Shown here piece after piece: positions 46,602 to 56,283 of a stretch of 64,000 nucleotides of DNA. This DNA is from Candidatus Marinacidobacterales bacterium (GTDB taxonomy: Bacteria > Acidobacteriota > Vicinamibacteria > Marinacidobacterales > DATDRI01), in NCBI GenBank assembly GCA_965226495.1, contig OZ245365.1:3680001-3744000 (forward strand). Reading direction: 5' to 3'. The notes under the pieces are model-generated. The model was not told the DNA's origin and did no database searches. It was given only the letters and a program-made list of their open reading frames with translations. The position numbers and the translations under genes are program-made. Each line of letters opens with the position of its first letter. Positions within the stretch are counted from its first letter, which is position 1.

Positions 46602-46629
46602 CACCGCGGTACCGGCGCGAATGTATCAC
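46580..46629. repeat. 2 x 25-bp tandem duplication of the argS 3' end
   Basis: CGCGGTACCGGCGCGAATGTA(A/T)CAC at 46580-46604 and 46605-46629. Confidence 0.9.
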
Positions 46630-46656
46630 CCAGGAAAACGGGCGGAATGAGTGCCT

Positions 46657-47067
46657 CTATTGGTCGGGATCGATCCCGTGCTCCCGCAACCATTCGCGCG
46701 CGCGCGCGTTTAGCTTCGCGGCCCGGAAGCTGTGCCATTGTTTGCGCCGGTTGGGGTATTTTTGAAGCGCTTCTTCGAAACGCTGAAAAGCTCCCTTACC
46801 AATGAGGGCTTGATTCAACTCTTCGATCAGACTCTCGTTGGGAAGCGATTCGACGAAGTCCTCCATGATCTGGAAACGCTCGTTGGTGGTAAACGGAGAA
46901 ATAAGGAGATACCGATCCGCCTCTGCCTCCGTGTCACCGAGGCCATCGCCGAACTCCTCCGACACCATGATCACCTCACCGGCCTCACGGTCGTAGTAGT
47001 GCTTGATGGTGTCTAACTGCGACTCAAGCGCTTGGATCAGCGCTTCTAGACTCGCGGGGGAACCCAT
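46657..47067 (-). CDS. UPF0158 family protein
   Basis: YYDREAGEV, IMEDFV, GKGAFQRF, W..FR, REWL..HGI pattern. Confidence 0.85.
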   Translation of the reverse strand: MGSPASLEALIQALESQLDTIKHYYDREAGEVIMVSEEFGDGLGDTEAEADRYLLISPFTTNERFQIMEDFVESLPNESLIEELNQALIGKGAFQRFEEALQKYPNRRKQWHSFRAAKLNARAREWLREHGIDPDQ

Positions 47068-47218
47068 GGGCTACACGGCTTTCCTTTCCTTTGGGCGTCA
47101 AAACTCGCTGCGACCGCTAACGAATCCGAGCAAACCCCTGCAACTCTTGTGCGGCCGTGACCAGAGCACATCCTACGACACCGAACCCCGTCAGCCAAGT
47201 GGAATCCTTCTCGCGACC

Positions 47219-48055
47219 TCAATTTCTCTCGGAGCGCCAGCGGTTTAGCCCGTGCCTCCAGCGTCTCCACCGGGACGGCCGCAGCAAACGCTCCAACTCG
47301 GGCATCTTTCGGCGCATCTCCCGACTACCGGTTTCGATGATCTCGGAAGCCTGGCCGAGATCCTGCCAGCTCACCCCAGGCAGTTCTGGAGCCACAACCA
47401 ACTCGGCACCCGCAAGGTACTGGCTCGTCACCTCACGACTCATGAGATAGACGGATTGTGAGATCACCTGGAGTAAGTTCAGTGGCTCGCCAAGTCGTAG
47501 CACACCCTTGGTGGGGTCGATCGCCAGCACCACTTCGGCGCCCATATCTCGAGGAAGGTCTGCGGGAACGTTACAGGAGACACCGCCATCTACCAGGAGC
47601 CTACCTCCCCTCTCCACGGGTAGAAAAACTCCCGGAATGGCGCAGCTCGCGAGGAGAGCAGACACCAACCCTCCTTCCTCGATAACGACCCTCTCGCCGG
47701 TGTTCAGGTCGGTCGTGACAACCCTTAAAGGTATGGACAGGTCTTCGAACCGAGCCACCGGCACGATCTTGCGGATCAGGGCCTCTAGTCTCTCCAATGC
47801 GAGGAGGCCACGACGAGAAAACGCGGGGCGAGCCAACGATCTCCAGGTAAGCGCCGCGGCTTCCTTTTCCAGATCCTTGGGATCCGCACCCGCAGCGAAC
47901 GCGGCTCCTATGATACTACCCGCACTGGTGGCGGCGATCGCGGATACTCGGATACCCGCGGCGACCAGTACCTCTAGAGCACCAATATGAGCTAGAGAGC
48001 GGGCCGCCCCACCACCCAGGGCGAGCCCGAGGCGGCGGTCGTCGGCCCGTTTCAA
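47219..48055 (-). CDS. Patatin-like phospholipase (RssA/NTE family)
   Basis: LALGGGAAR, ATSAG, ASCAIPG.F.P, LVDGG. Probable TTG start at 48055 overlaps the lepB TGA (TTGA). Confidence 0.9.
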   Translation of the reverse strand: MKRADDRRLGLALGGGAARSLAHIGALEVLVAAGIRVSAIAATSAGSIIGAAFAAGADPKDLEKEAAALTWRSLARPAFSRRGLLALERLEALIRKIVPVARFEDLSIPLRVVTTDLNTGERVVIEEGGLVSALLASCAIPGVFLPVERGGRLLVDGGVSCNVPADLPRDMGAEVVLAIDPTKGVLRLGEPLNLLQVISQSVYLMSREVTSQYLAGAELVVAPELPGVSWQDLGQASEIIETGSREMRRKMPELERLLRPSRWRRWRHGLNRWRSERN

Positions 48056-48666
48056 CGGATGGTTCCGAACTCGCCGGGGGGCCAAATCCGAAGAAAGGCT
48101 TTCCCGTATATGTATCGCTGCGGGACGAATCCCCAACTCCGGCTATCGTTGCTACCACGCCGGTTGTCGCCCAGAACGAAGTAATGTCCCGCGCGGACTT
48201 CCTGAGCGGCGAAGCTCCGTCTGTCGCTGTACTCCGGCTTCACGTACGACTCTTCGACAAGCTCACCGTTCACGCGGAGCTCGCCGCGCCTTATCTCGAC
48301 CCGATCGCCGGGGAGCGCTGCCACTCTCTTGATGAAGGAGACGTCGGGATCCTCCGTGTACCAGAACACGACGACATCGCCGCGGTCGATGGGACGAAAG
48401 TGATAAATGAACTTGTTGACGAGAATGCGCTCGCCGTCTCTCAGCTCCGGAACCATGCTAGTTCCCTGCACCTTGAACGCTTGGACGACGTAAGTAATGA
48501 GCAGCGCACAAATCACGACCGCGATGGCGAGATCGTGAAGCAGATCGATGACGTGCCGAAAGGGGCGAACCCTTGGTTTGGAAATAATCGGCACGCCGAG
48601 TGTGGTCGACTCTACGGCCGGTGCGGGTGCGGCAGGGTCGTCTTCAGTGATGAAAGGTTCCGTCAA
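48052..48666 (-). CDS. lepB: Signal peptidase I
   Basis: TM segment, GTSMVP (Ser), FIKRV (Lys), GDNRRGSNDSR. Confidence 0.95.
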   Translation of the reverse strand: MTEPFITEDDPAAPAPAVESTTLGVPIISKPRVRPFRHVIDLLHDLAIAVVICALLITYVVQAFKVQGTSMVPELRDGERILVNKFIYHFRPIDRGDVVVFWYTEDPDVSFIKRVAALPGDRVEIRRGELRVNGELVEESYVKPEYSDRRSFAAQEVRAGHYFVLGDNRRGSNDSRSWGFVPQRYIYGKAFLRIWPPGEFGTIR

Positions 48667-48723
48667 TTCCCTACTCTAGGAGTTCGGCGTGCTCGCGAGA
48701 CTGTAGGTTATCCGCTTGTTCGT

Positions 48724-50205
48724 TCAAGACCGCCAAACGACGCAGGTGTCCGCCAGTCGATCGTGAAGCCCACGCTTGTCATCAGAAACGGCAATCAGCA
48801 GGAAGCCGATGCCGAACACGAAGCTATTGATAGTGTATCCCATCCCTCTCAGCATGGCTCGCCGCCATCCGATGGGCGTCTCCCCGGACATGGTCACCAC
48901 TCTAAGGCCGAGAATCTTCTTGCCAGGAGTCTCTCCACGCAATGCCCAGAAGGTGACCGGATACACAATGGAAAGAACGAGAGTAGCGATTCCGCCAATG
49001 ATCGGCAGGAGAAACATGCTCGGCGTGGCCTGCGGCAAACTAGCCATGATGCCCTGCTCCACGAGCGAAAACGTCCATACTCCGGTCGCTATCAAAACCG
49101 GCAGGCTCACGATCGCGGAATCGATGGAATAGGCGGCGAACCGTATCCAAAAGCCTGCCGGCCGGCCCATCGCCGCCTGCGGTCCGGTCGCCGATCGCCG
49201 GCTCGCGGCTCGCGGCGAAGAGCGAACGTGCTTGAGCGGTGCGGGAGCCCTCTGTGGTTCTGGTTGAGGAACCACAGAACCAGTGATTCGGCCAACCGGA
49301 CTTCCTTTCTCGGCTTTTTGGGCGTCGTCGGGGGGCGTTCCCATAACATCGTGCGGGTTTTCGACATCGGCTGGCACTCGGCTCGGTGCAACCCTTCCGG
49401 GCGCGGGCGAGCGGTGCGCAGGTTCCGCAACTGGTTCCGGCGCGCCAGACGGGTAAGCCGGTTCAGCCGCTACTGATGGAGCGATCGGAGCCAGTTGGGC
49501 CGACTGAGCCGAGTGAGCCGACTGAGGGTGTCCAGACGGTTGAGGCTGAGCCGGTGGAACCGGTTGAGCCTGCTGCGCCTGTCCGCCGGCTTGTGGGCGC
49601 GGCGGCACCGCGCTCAGCAGGACCTGTCCGCAAGCACCACAGAACTTGGCCGGAAGCATCACCACCGCGCTGCAGCTCTTGCAAGCAATCTGCTTGGCGG
49701 AAGAGTCAGGTAGCTGTTCACCACATTGGCGGCAAAAGCTGTCGAAAGGACTGGCCTGCGCTCCACAGGCGACGCACGACAGCCCGGGCTGGGCTGGGTC
49801 TGGTAGGCGCGAGGCTCTGGGCGGCGCAGAAGGAGGTGCCGAGGCCGGCGATACCGGCACGGGTTGCGTAACCAAGGGGCCGGCGGGAATAACCGGAGGG
49901 GCCGCGTCTGCCGCGTTCTCGGCGGCAAAGAGTAGTCGTGCCGACCCGATGGCGATAAGATCGCCATCGCGGAGCGGTTGCTCACTCACGACCCGATCGC
50001 CATTGACCAAAGTTCCGTTGGAGCTACTGTTGTCGCGGATCACAAACTGTTCACCCCGACGCTCCAGGATCGCATGACGACGTGACACCATCGCGTCCGA
50101 TAGCACGAGATCGTTCGAGGGATCTCGGCCGACCGAAATGATCTTACCGGCAACCGGGATTTCCTTCTTCGCGCCGGACGTTGGGTTGATGATCAGCTTG
50201 GCCAA
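48724..50205 (-). CDS. FHA + double zinc ribbon + Pro-rich linker + RDD membrane domain protein
   Basis: FHA motifs GR..VSRRHA..SSNGT; four CxxC pairs; RDD motifs AGFWIRFAAYSID, TPGKKILGLRVV, LHDRLADT. Confidence 0.88.
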   Translation of the reverse strand: MAKLIINPTSGAKKEIPVAGKIISVGRDPSNDLVLSDAMVSRRHAILERRGEQFVIRDNSSSNGTLVNGDRVVSEQPLRDGDLIAIGSARLLFAAENAADAAPPVIPAGPLVTQPVPVSPASAPPSAPPRASRLPDPAQPGLSCVACGAQASPFDSFCRQCGEQLPDSSAKQIACKSCSAVVMLPAKFCGACGQVLLSAVPPRPQAGGQAQQAQPVPPAQPQPSGHPQSAHSAQSAQLAPIAPSVAAEPAYPSGAPEPVAEPAHRSPAPGRVAPSRVPADVENPHDVMGTPPDDAQKAEKGSPVGRITGSVVPQPEPQRAPAPLKHVRSSPRAASRRSATGPQAAMGRPAGFWIRFAAYSIDSAIVSLPVLIATGVWTFSLVEQGIMASLPQATPSMFLLPIIGGIATLVLSIVYPVTFWALRGETPGKKILGLRVVTMSGETPIGWRRAMLRGMGYTINSFVFGIGFLLIAVSDDKRGLHDRLADTCVVWRS

Positions 50206-50208
50206 GAC

Positions 50209-52506
50209 TCAGTTACCCCTTCGGAATGTGAACCGCTTGCGCATTCGCAGCTTGACGCGGACACCATTCTTGGTGGCGGGCTCATGCTGCCAACCTTTTA
50301 CCGTATTGGTGACCGCTCGGTCGAAAACATCTCCTCCGGACTCCTCGATTTCGATGGCTTCCACGATTCCCGTCTCGGTGACGATGAAACTGATTTGCAC
50401 CGAGCCTTCCAGTTTTGCACGGCGAGCCACCTCCGGGTACCCCACCCCCGGGCATTTGATGCATTTGGGGTCGACAACACCCGGACCCCGCTCCACCAAG
50501 TCGCCCTCACTCACCTTAGGAGTAACGGGCCCGGGTACGGGTTCTTCCTTCTCACGCGGCTCGAGCGTCGCAGAGATACTCTCGGTCGCTCCAGCTTTCA
50601 AAGCGATCCTTGTTTCCCACGGTTCGAAGCCCATCTTTTGCAGCCGAATCGTGCGACTACCCGGGCGGGCTCGGAGCTTCTGGAGCGGCGTGGTTCCCGC
50701 AGGCTTGCCGTCAAGGAGAACCTGAGCACCCGGCGGCGTGCTGGCGACACGAAAAACGCCCAGTTGAGGCTCAGGCGTGGCTTCTCCCTTCAAAGGGACG
50801 CTCAACGTGGCGCGGGGGTTGTCGGCGTTGAGCTCCGCACTCAGCTCCTCGGGCTCGTACCCAGCCTTTTCCAGACGCACGGCATAGCTCCCGAGCTCCA
50901 GTTCAAGAATCTCGAGTGGCGTCAATCCTAATCTCGCCCCGTTAATCAAGACACTCGCACCGATGGGCTCGCTCTCGATCGAAAGAATGCCGCCCGGTTG
51001 CTCCCTCACATCGATGGCCATAGGTGTCGCTTCTACGGGAAGCGCTTGGACCGCTAAGCCCGCCTCGCTCGCCGACGTTGACGGCGACTGCGTCTTCCCT
51101 CCCGAGGTGGAGAGGGTCATCACCGCAACCAAGCCGACGACGACAACAACCAAAGCGCCTGCGACCGCAGCGACGAGTCCACGCCGCTGCTGCCAAAGTC
51201 GGTGAAACTCTGCCAGAGAGGACGGGACCTGCTCTCCAACCGATTGAGCGAATCGGGTCGCCAGGTTGGCTGCCGGCGCTTCGGTCCGAGTAGGCGATAA
51301 GTTCCTCGAGACCGTTCTCGTCTCGTCGTTAGCAGCCGAATCACGCCCGGCCAGATGAGCTCGGGTGGAAACGGACTCCTGCGCCGTATGAGCGGCCCCT
51401 TGGTCGACGATGTTCGTTTCCGGAGAACCCCAGAACGCGGGATTGTCTTTCACGGTCTCCCCGCCCCCTTCGAAAACCACCTCTTCGTCGTTTTCGTCGG
51501 CGTCGTCGACTCCGAGCAGATTGGCCGGCGCGGTTATCCCTTCTTGCTTCTTGTGACCTGGCGATGACCGTGGAGGCGATGATGACGGCATATTGGAGGA
51601 GGCGCTCTTGTCGGGCACGGTCATGTAGACGGTTTCACCCTCGAGCGACCCGAACCAGGAGCCAAGGCAGAGCTCAAGCTCGGAGACGAAGTCCGCTCCC
51701 GTCCCGTACCGATCGGGCGGGTTTTTGGAAAGGACTTTGGAGAACACTTCATGCCATTTGTCCGGCAAAAGTCCGAGTACCTCGAGATTGGGAGGCCGGA
51801 CCGGATCGGCGTGCACGAGCTTGTACAAGATTGACGTGACGTTGTTCCCGGGGAACGGTTGCTGCCCCGAAAGCATCTCGAAGGCAACGACACCTAGCGA
51901 AAAGATGTCGGAGCGGCCGTCCAGACTCTCACCCATTGCTTGCTCGGGCGACATGTAGCTGGGCGTTCCCAGAAGAGATCCGCTGTGGGTGATGTCCGAG
52001 TCCACCAGCTTCGCGATACCGAAGTCTGTGACCTTCACCTTCTCCCCTTCGTGAAGGATGATGTTCGAGGGCTTGATGTCCCGATGGATCACACCCTTGG
52101 CGTGGGCGTAATCGATGGCCGCCGCCATCTGGGATACCAGCCCGATGACCTGCTCGGGCCGGAACAGTCTCCCTTCGTTCAGAACGTCGGAAACTGTTTC
52201 ACCATCGATGAACTCCATCGCCAAGAAAGGAACTTTGTCTTCCGTTTCCCCGATGTCGAAAAGGGTGACGATGTTGGGATGGGACAGTGTCCCGGAGATC
52301 CTCGCCTCGTGGTAGAAGCGCTCGATGAACGTGCGATAGTGCGGACTCTGCGGGGGAACATCCAGGCGGATCGTCTTGATGGCGATCGTTCGCTTAATCA
52401 GAGGGTCGAAGGCCTTGTAGACGGCGCCCATCGCGCCGAATCCAATCGACTCGACGATCTGATAGCGGCCGACTTTGCTCGGCACCTCGTCTCGAGGAGC
52501 GTTCAA
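50209..52506 (-). CDS. Ser/Thr protein kinase with TM, two PEGA domains and a C-terminal TonB_C domain
   Basis: GFGAMG, AIK, HRDIKPSN, DFG, SPE; one TM; S.P.GA.V..(N/D)G...G.TP twice; YPEVARRAKLEGSV...W..EPA..NG. Confidence 0.92.
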   Translation of the reverse strand: MNAPRDEVPSKVGRYQIVESIGFGAMGAVYKAFDPLIKRTIAIKTIRLDVPPQSPHYRTFIERFYHEARISGTLSHPNIVTLFDIGETEDKVPFLAMEFIDGETVSDVLNEGRLFRPEQVIGLVSQMAAAIDYAHAKGVIHRDIKPSNIILHEGEKVKVTDFGIAKLVDSDITHSGSLLGTPSYMSPEQAMGESLDGRSDIFSLGVVAFEMLSGQQPFPGNNVTSILYKLVHADPVRPPNLEVLGLLPDKWHEVFSKVLSKNPPDRYGTGADFVSELELCLGSWFGSLEGETVYMTVPDKSASSNMPSSSPPRSSPGHKKQEGITAPANLLGVDDADENDEEVVFEGGGETVKDNPAFWGSPETNIVDQGAAHTAQESVSTRAHLAGRDSAANDETRTVSRNLSPTRTEAPAANLATRFAQSVGEQVPSSLAEFHRLWQQRRGLVAAVAGALVVVVVGLVAVMTLSTSGGKTQSPSTSASEAGLAVQALPVEATPMAIDVREQPGGILSIESEPIGASVLINGARLGLTPLEILELELGSYAVRLEKAGYEPEELSAELNADNPRATLSVPLKGEATPEPQLGVFRVASTPPGAQVLLDGKPAGTTPLQKLRARPGSRTIRLQKMGFEPWETRIALKAGATESISATLEPREKEEPVPGPVTPKVSEGDLVERGPGVVDPKCIKCPGVGYPEVARRAKLEGSVQISFIVTETGIVEAIEIEESGGDVFDRAVTNTVKGWQHEPATKNGVRVKLRMRKRFTFRRGN

Positions 52507-52793
52507 GGGGACCCTCCAAGGGCCAGGACACTAGTTTGATACAGGACCCTAGCTCGGAAACTCAAGAAGTTCGACGTCCCGGGACAACGGCGGAAATTGC
52601 CTCTAAGTTTATTAACTTACACTATCATAACCCTTTACGAGTGTCAACGCGGTTTGCCATTGCCCATTCTGATTCGGCCATCTCGCATTTTTTCAGTCGG
52701 CCGCCACGATACCGGTCGTATTACCAGCCTAATTGTAAGTCCGGTTACATCCCCCACCTCAGGAGACCGTTATTCTCGAGGCAGCAGGTCATC

Positions 52794-53138
52794 ATGTTGG
52801 GGGAAAATACTAACACCTCGAGCAAGTCACCGGAGGCGGGCGACGATTCCGTCCAGGCCATAAAAGCCGTCGGCGACCGCACGCGTCTTCAGATTCTGCG
52901 CATCTTGCTCAACCGCGAGGAGTGTGTGACCGACATCGCGCGCCAGCTAGGGCTCGCCCAGCCGCGTATCTCCCATCACCTCACCATCCTGCGAAACTCG
53001 GGACTGGTCCGGGACCGACGTAACGGCAAGCAGATTTTCTATTCGGTCAATCCCGACTTCCGAGTCAGTCCCAACGGCGGCCCCAAGAAGAACGCTGTCC
53101 AGGTGGATTGCCTGCGCGTAGAATTCCCCAAGAGCTGA
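52794..53138 (+). CDS. ArsR/SmtB family transcriptional regulator
   Basis: KAVGDRTRLQIL, CVTDIA, QPRISHHLTILRNSGLV, GKQIFYS; start placed at ATG 52794. Confidence 0.88.
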   Translation: MLGENTNTSSKSPEAGDDSVQAIKAVGDRTRLQILRILLNREECVTDIARQLGLAQPRISHHLTILRNSGLVRDRRNGKQIFYSVNPDFRVSPNGGPKKNAVQVDCLRVEFPKS

Positions 53139-53243
53139 AGCTCCCACCCTCTATCCCACTCGAATCCCTAGGTTTACACCCGGTGCCACGCTCGTCTGCC
53201 GAGCGAGCTATGATAGCCTTCGAAACCAGGGAGCGCGATCGAA

Positions 53244-54887
53244 GTGGAACCAGGAATGATGGACTCGACAAAAAAACTGGATTACCGGGAGCTGGCTTCC
53301 TATAAGCCCCTTTTTCTCGACTACGTTTATCGTTTCGACCGCTTGGCGCCGTACTTCCCAGGCAACCCCGGGGATCCGGAAGCGTGGCGGCGGGCAGCGA
53401 AGAAGGTCTTCGAGTACCCTCGACAAACCAAACGCGTCGCGGAAGTACTCCACGAACAAAACGGTCACATGGGAGCCGACGCCTCGGTGTCGAAAGCGCT
53501 CGACGCCCTCGCGAACGGTGCCTTGGCCGTCGTGACTGGCCAGCAGGTGGGCCTTTTTGGGGGCCCTCTCTACAGCCTGTACAAGGCGCTTACCGCCGTT
53601 GAGCTTGCAAAAAAGGCTAGTTCCATCGTCGACCGGCCGGTGGTCGCCCTTTTCTGGATGGATGCCGACGACCACGACTTCGAAGAAGTTAGCTCGGTCA
53701 ATTTGATCAACCCGTCGCAAGAATTGATCGCGCTGAGCTACCAACCGGCGGAGCTTCACAAAGGTGCACCCGTCGGAGCTATTCCCCTCGAGAGCTCCAT
53801 CGAGGAACTGGTCGCGCGGGCCGGAGAGTGTCTCGCTCCATCGGAGTTCAAGCAGGAGATCCTCGATGCGCTGGGCGAAAGCTACGCGCCGGGAAGGACC
53901 CTCGCCGAAGCTTTCGGAAGTTGGCTCCTCCGCATAACGAGGGGAACCGGCTTGGCGGTCGTCGATCCCACCGCTCGCCCACTCAAGTCGATGGCCGCTT
54001 CGCTCTTCCAGCGTGAGACGGCAGACAAGTCCGAGAGCACACGGCTCGTCGAAGAGACCAGCAGCAAACTGGTGTCCGAGGGCTACCACGCCCAAGCCGG
54101 CACCGCCGACCATCGGTTAAACCTGCTCTATTCCGATCCGGTTCGTTCCCCTATCTTCGTTGAAGACTCCGGCTTTCGTCTTTCCGACCAAGGTTCCGCG
54201 GTCAGCCCGGGGGAGCTTTCGAAGCTGGTCGACGAATCGCCAGAACGTTTCAGCGCCAACGTCCTGTTACGTCCGCTCGTTCAAGATCATCTGCTTCCCA
54301 CGGTTAGCTACGTGGGTGGCCCCAGCGAGCTGGCGTATCTCGCTCAGTTAGGTGCAGTCTACGATCACTTCGGGGTTCCCATGCCCCTGATCGTCCCGCG
54401 CACCAGCATCACCGTCGTCGAGAAGGCGGCGGACAAATTTTTGAGCCGTCACGGACTCAAACTCTCGGACTTGCGCGCCAACGACGAATCGGTGTTGAAC
54501 GACATCTTGAAGGATCTCGCGCCGCCCCAGCTAGACGAGGATCTCGCACGCGCCCACACGTGTATCCAGGAGATCACGCAGACACTAGAGGAAGATCTCG
54601 CCGCAGTAGATCCGACGCTGGCTTCGGCGGCCAAGTCGACCCGCGGAAAGTTACTTCACAACCTCGGGGAGCTCGAGGCCAAGAGCCGACGGGCGATCAA
54701 GAAAAAGAACGACACCCTGCGTCGCCAATTCCTCTCCACCCGAACCGCATTGTTCCCAAACTTCGACATGCAGGAGCGACAGCTGTCGCCAGTGCAATAC
54801 TTCGCCAAGTACGGCTGGCACTTCACGGATATGGTGCGGGAGAGTATTGATCTAGAAGGGCCCGGCCACACGCTTCTCTTTCCTTAA
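53244..54887 (+). CDS. bshC: Bacillithiol biosynthesis cysteine-adding enzyme BshC
   Basis: VVTGQQ.GLFGGPLY..YK, FW...DHDFEE, SANVLLRP..QD.LLPT..YVGGP.E.AY, QER. Confidence 0.93.
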   Translation: MEPGMMDSTKKLDYRELASYKPLFLDYVYRFDRLAPYFPGNPGDPEAWRRAAKKVFEYPRQTKRVAEVLHEQNGHMGADASVSKALDALANGALAVVTGQQVGLFGGPLYSLYKALTAVELAKKASSIVDRPVVALFWMDADDHDFEEVSSVNLINPSQELIALSYQPAELHKGAPVGAIPLESSIEELVARAGECLAPSEFKQEILDALGESYAPGRTLAEAFGSWLLRITRGTGLAVVDPTARPLKSMAASLFQRETADKSESTRLVEETSSKLVSEGYHAQAGTADHRLNLLYSDPVRSPIFVEDSGFRLSDQGSAVSPGELSKLVDESPERFSANVLLRPLVQDHLLPTVSYVGGPSELAYLAQLGAVYDHFGVPMPLIVPRTSITVVEKAADKFLSRHGLKLSDLRANDESVLNDILKDLAPPQLDEDLARAHTCIQEITQTLEEDLAAVDPTLASAAKSTRGKLLHNLGELEAKSRRAIKKKNDTLRRQFLSTRTALFPNFDMQERQLSPVQYFAKYGWHFTDMVRESIDLEGPGHTLLFP

Positions 54888-54906
54888 TTAGAGGTCGGTC
54901 GCCTCG

Positions 54907-55977
54907 TCACTTGATGCGCCCTCGACGCTCAGCAACCTTCTCTTGAATAAACGCCACGCCAAAGGTCCGCTCTGCTGTTAGACGATTGTGCGGACCGCAG
55001 TGAAGCCCGAGAAACTTTTCGTTGTGGCTCTGGTACAAAGCAAAAGGACGCAGGTGCTCAATCTGGAGTCCCGTTCGCGAGCGACACCGAGTCCCGTCTG
55101 AACCTCGAAATTCACATTGGAATCCGGCCCGCTCGTGCACGCGCTCGCGGACCTCTGACGGGATGTAGCGGGAAGTTGCTTTCTGCTCCATCGACGCAAC
55201 CTCGTCCGGACGAGGTGCGCTCCGCTTCGCCTCCCTCTCGAGTCGTCGTGCACGCTTTCTCTTGACGTCCTTCTTGTCCAGCGCGACGTCCAGGGCCTGC
55301 TCCATGATCTCGGCCATGTGTTGCAGAGGGTTTTCGACGCCGAGGACTTGCGCCAGACGATCGAACTTCTCCTTGAACTTTCGGTCAGCAGCGAAGCGGA
55401 AATTGTAGAGCTCCGGCCTTGCCGGTTCGAGGATACTCGGCGACACCCGGTGGGCCGCGCGTGAGGTCGTTGCCTTTGGCCGAGTGGGGCGGGGCAACGC
55501 GGCTTGCTCATGCGGCCGAGACGGTGTCTTGCGAATCGAGGGCGCGAAGACGGGCTTCGGTCGGAGGGCAACGAGGTGCTCTTCGGCTTCACGTTTGGTC
55601 ATTCCGGCGCAATCCGCAAGAAGCTTGTCAACGCTGTTGTTTGTAAGGACCGGCGCCAGAAGGCCCGCCACAGTGAGACTCACGCGGTTCTCGGCCAGTG
55701 CTACGAGTATTTGAGGGAAACGTAATGCGACGTTGGCCACCTGAATCCGTAGGGCGACTGAGCCTTCGCTCAGATGCAAGCGCCTCGTGCAGTAGTCGAA
55801 GAGAGTCTTGTACCCGCGCTCGAGGTAACCCTTTCTTCTCGACATCTCTGCGATGTGAACGATGACAAGGGCCACGTTTCGTTTCTCGGCGCGGACCAGC
55901 TTCTCCGTCGAATGATCGAGTTCTTCCGTCGAGAGACTTTCGAGTCTCTCGACGTACGTCTTCACTTTTTCGATCAT
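54907..55977 (-). CDS. HNH endonuclease with helical N-terminal (DUF222-like) region
   Basis: C-terminal SRYIP..VR..V..R....C....DG.RC......IEH..P..........C..HN; ATG 55977 follows GAGGGAG. Confidence 0.82.
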   Translation of the reverse strand: MIEKVKTYVERLESLSTEELDHSTEKLVRAEKRNVALVIVHIAEMSRRKGYLERGYKTLFDYCTRRLHLSEGSVALRIQVANVALRFPQILVALAENRVSLTVAGLLAPVLTNNSVDKLLADCAGMTKREAEEHLVALRPKPVFAPSIRKTPSRPHEQAALPRPTRPKATTSRAAHRVSPSILEPARPELYNFRFAADRKFKEKFDRLAQVLGVENPLQHMAEIMEQALDVALDKKDVKRKRARRLEREAKRSAPRPDEVASMEQKATSRYIPSEVRERVHERAGFQCEFRGSDGTRCRSRTGLQIEHLRPFALYQSHNEKFLGLHCGPHNRLTAERTFGVAFIQEKVAERRGRIK

Positions 55978-56283
55978 GGCTGTCTCTCCCTCTTTCGATT
56001 CTTGCTTCTTCAAATATAGCAACGTGTTTTTCTTGGCCCTTAGCCGCCGGCAGACGAAAGTAGGCGGACTAGAATGAAGAATGTGCGGAAATCGTGGAGA
56101 GAGAATGCGAGAGGAGGCGTGTGCGATTCGGGAGAGTATTTACGTTAACGGTCGATCGCTTTTCGAAATTGATGCGCGAAACCTGTCAAGTGTTTTTTTG
56201 GTTTTTTTGCAGCATCTCGGCGCCATTGCCGAATCAAGCCCGAGATCCATATGACCTTGACTCGATTCCTCGGCATTTGTCGC

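Noticed and set aside
48184-49476. Long opposite-strand ORFs (430 aa here; also 24020-25177, 2940-3854, 53208-54113)
   Set aside because: They lie antisense to well-supported genes, have no motifs, and are expected shadows in high-GC DNA.
52604-52619. TAAGTT-n4-AACTTA palindrome between the kinase and ArsR genes
   Set aside because: Only 6-bp arms, single occurrence, about 175 bp from the ArsR start; cannot be assigned as an operator.
54907-55977. HNH protein as IscB, Cas9 or TnpB
   Set aside because: No PLMP N-terminus or RuvC motifs recognised; the HNH is at the extreme C-terminus.
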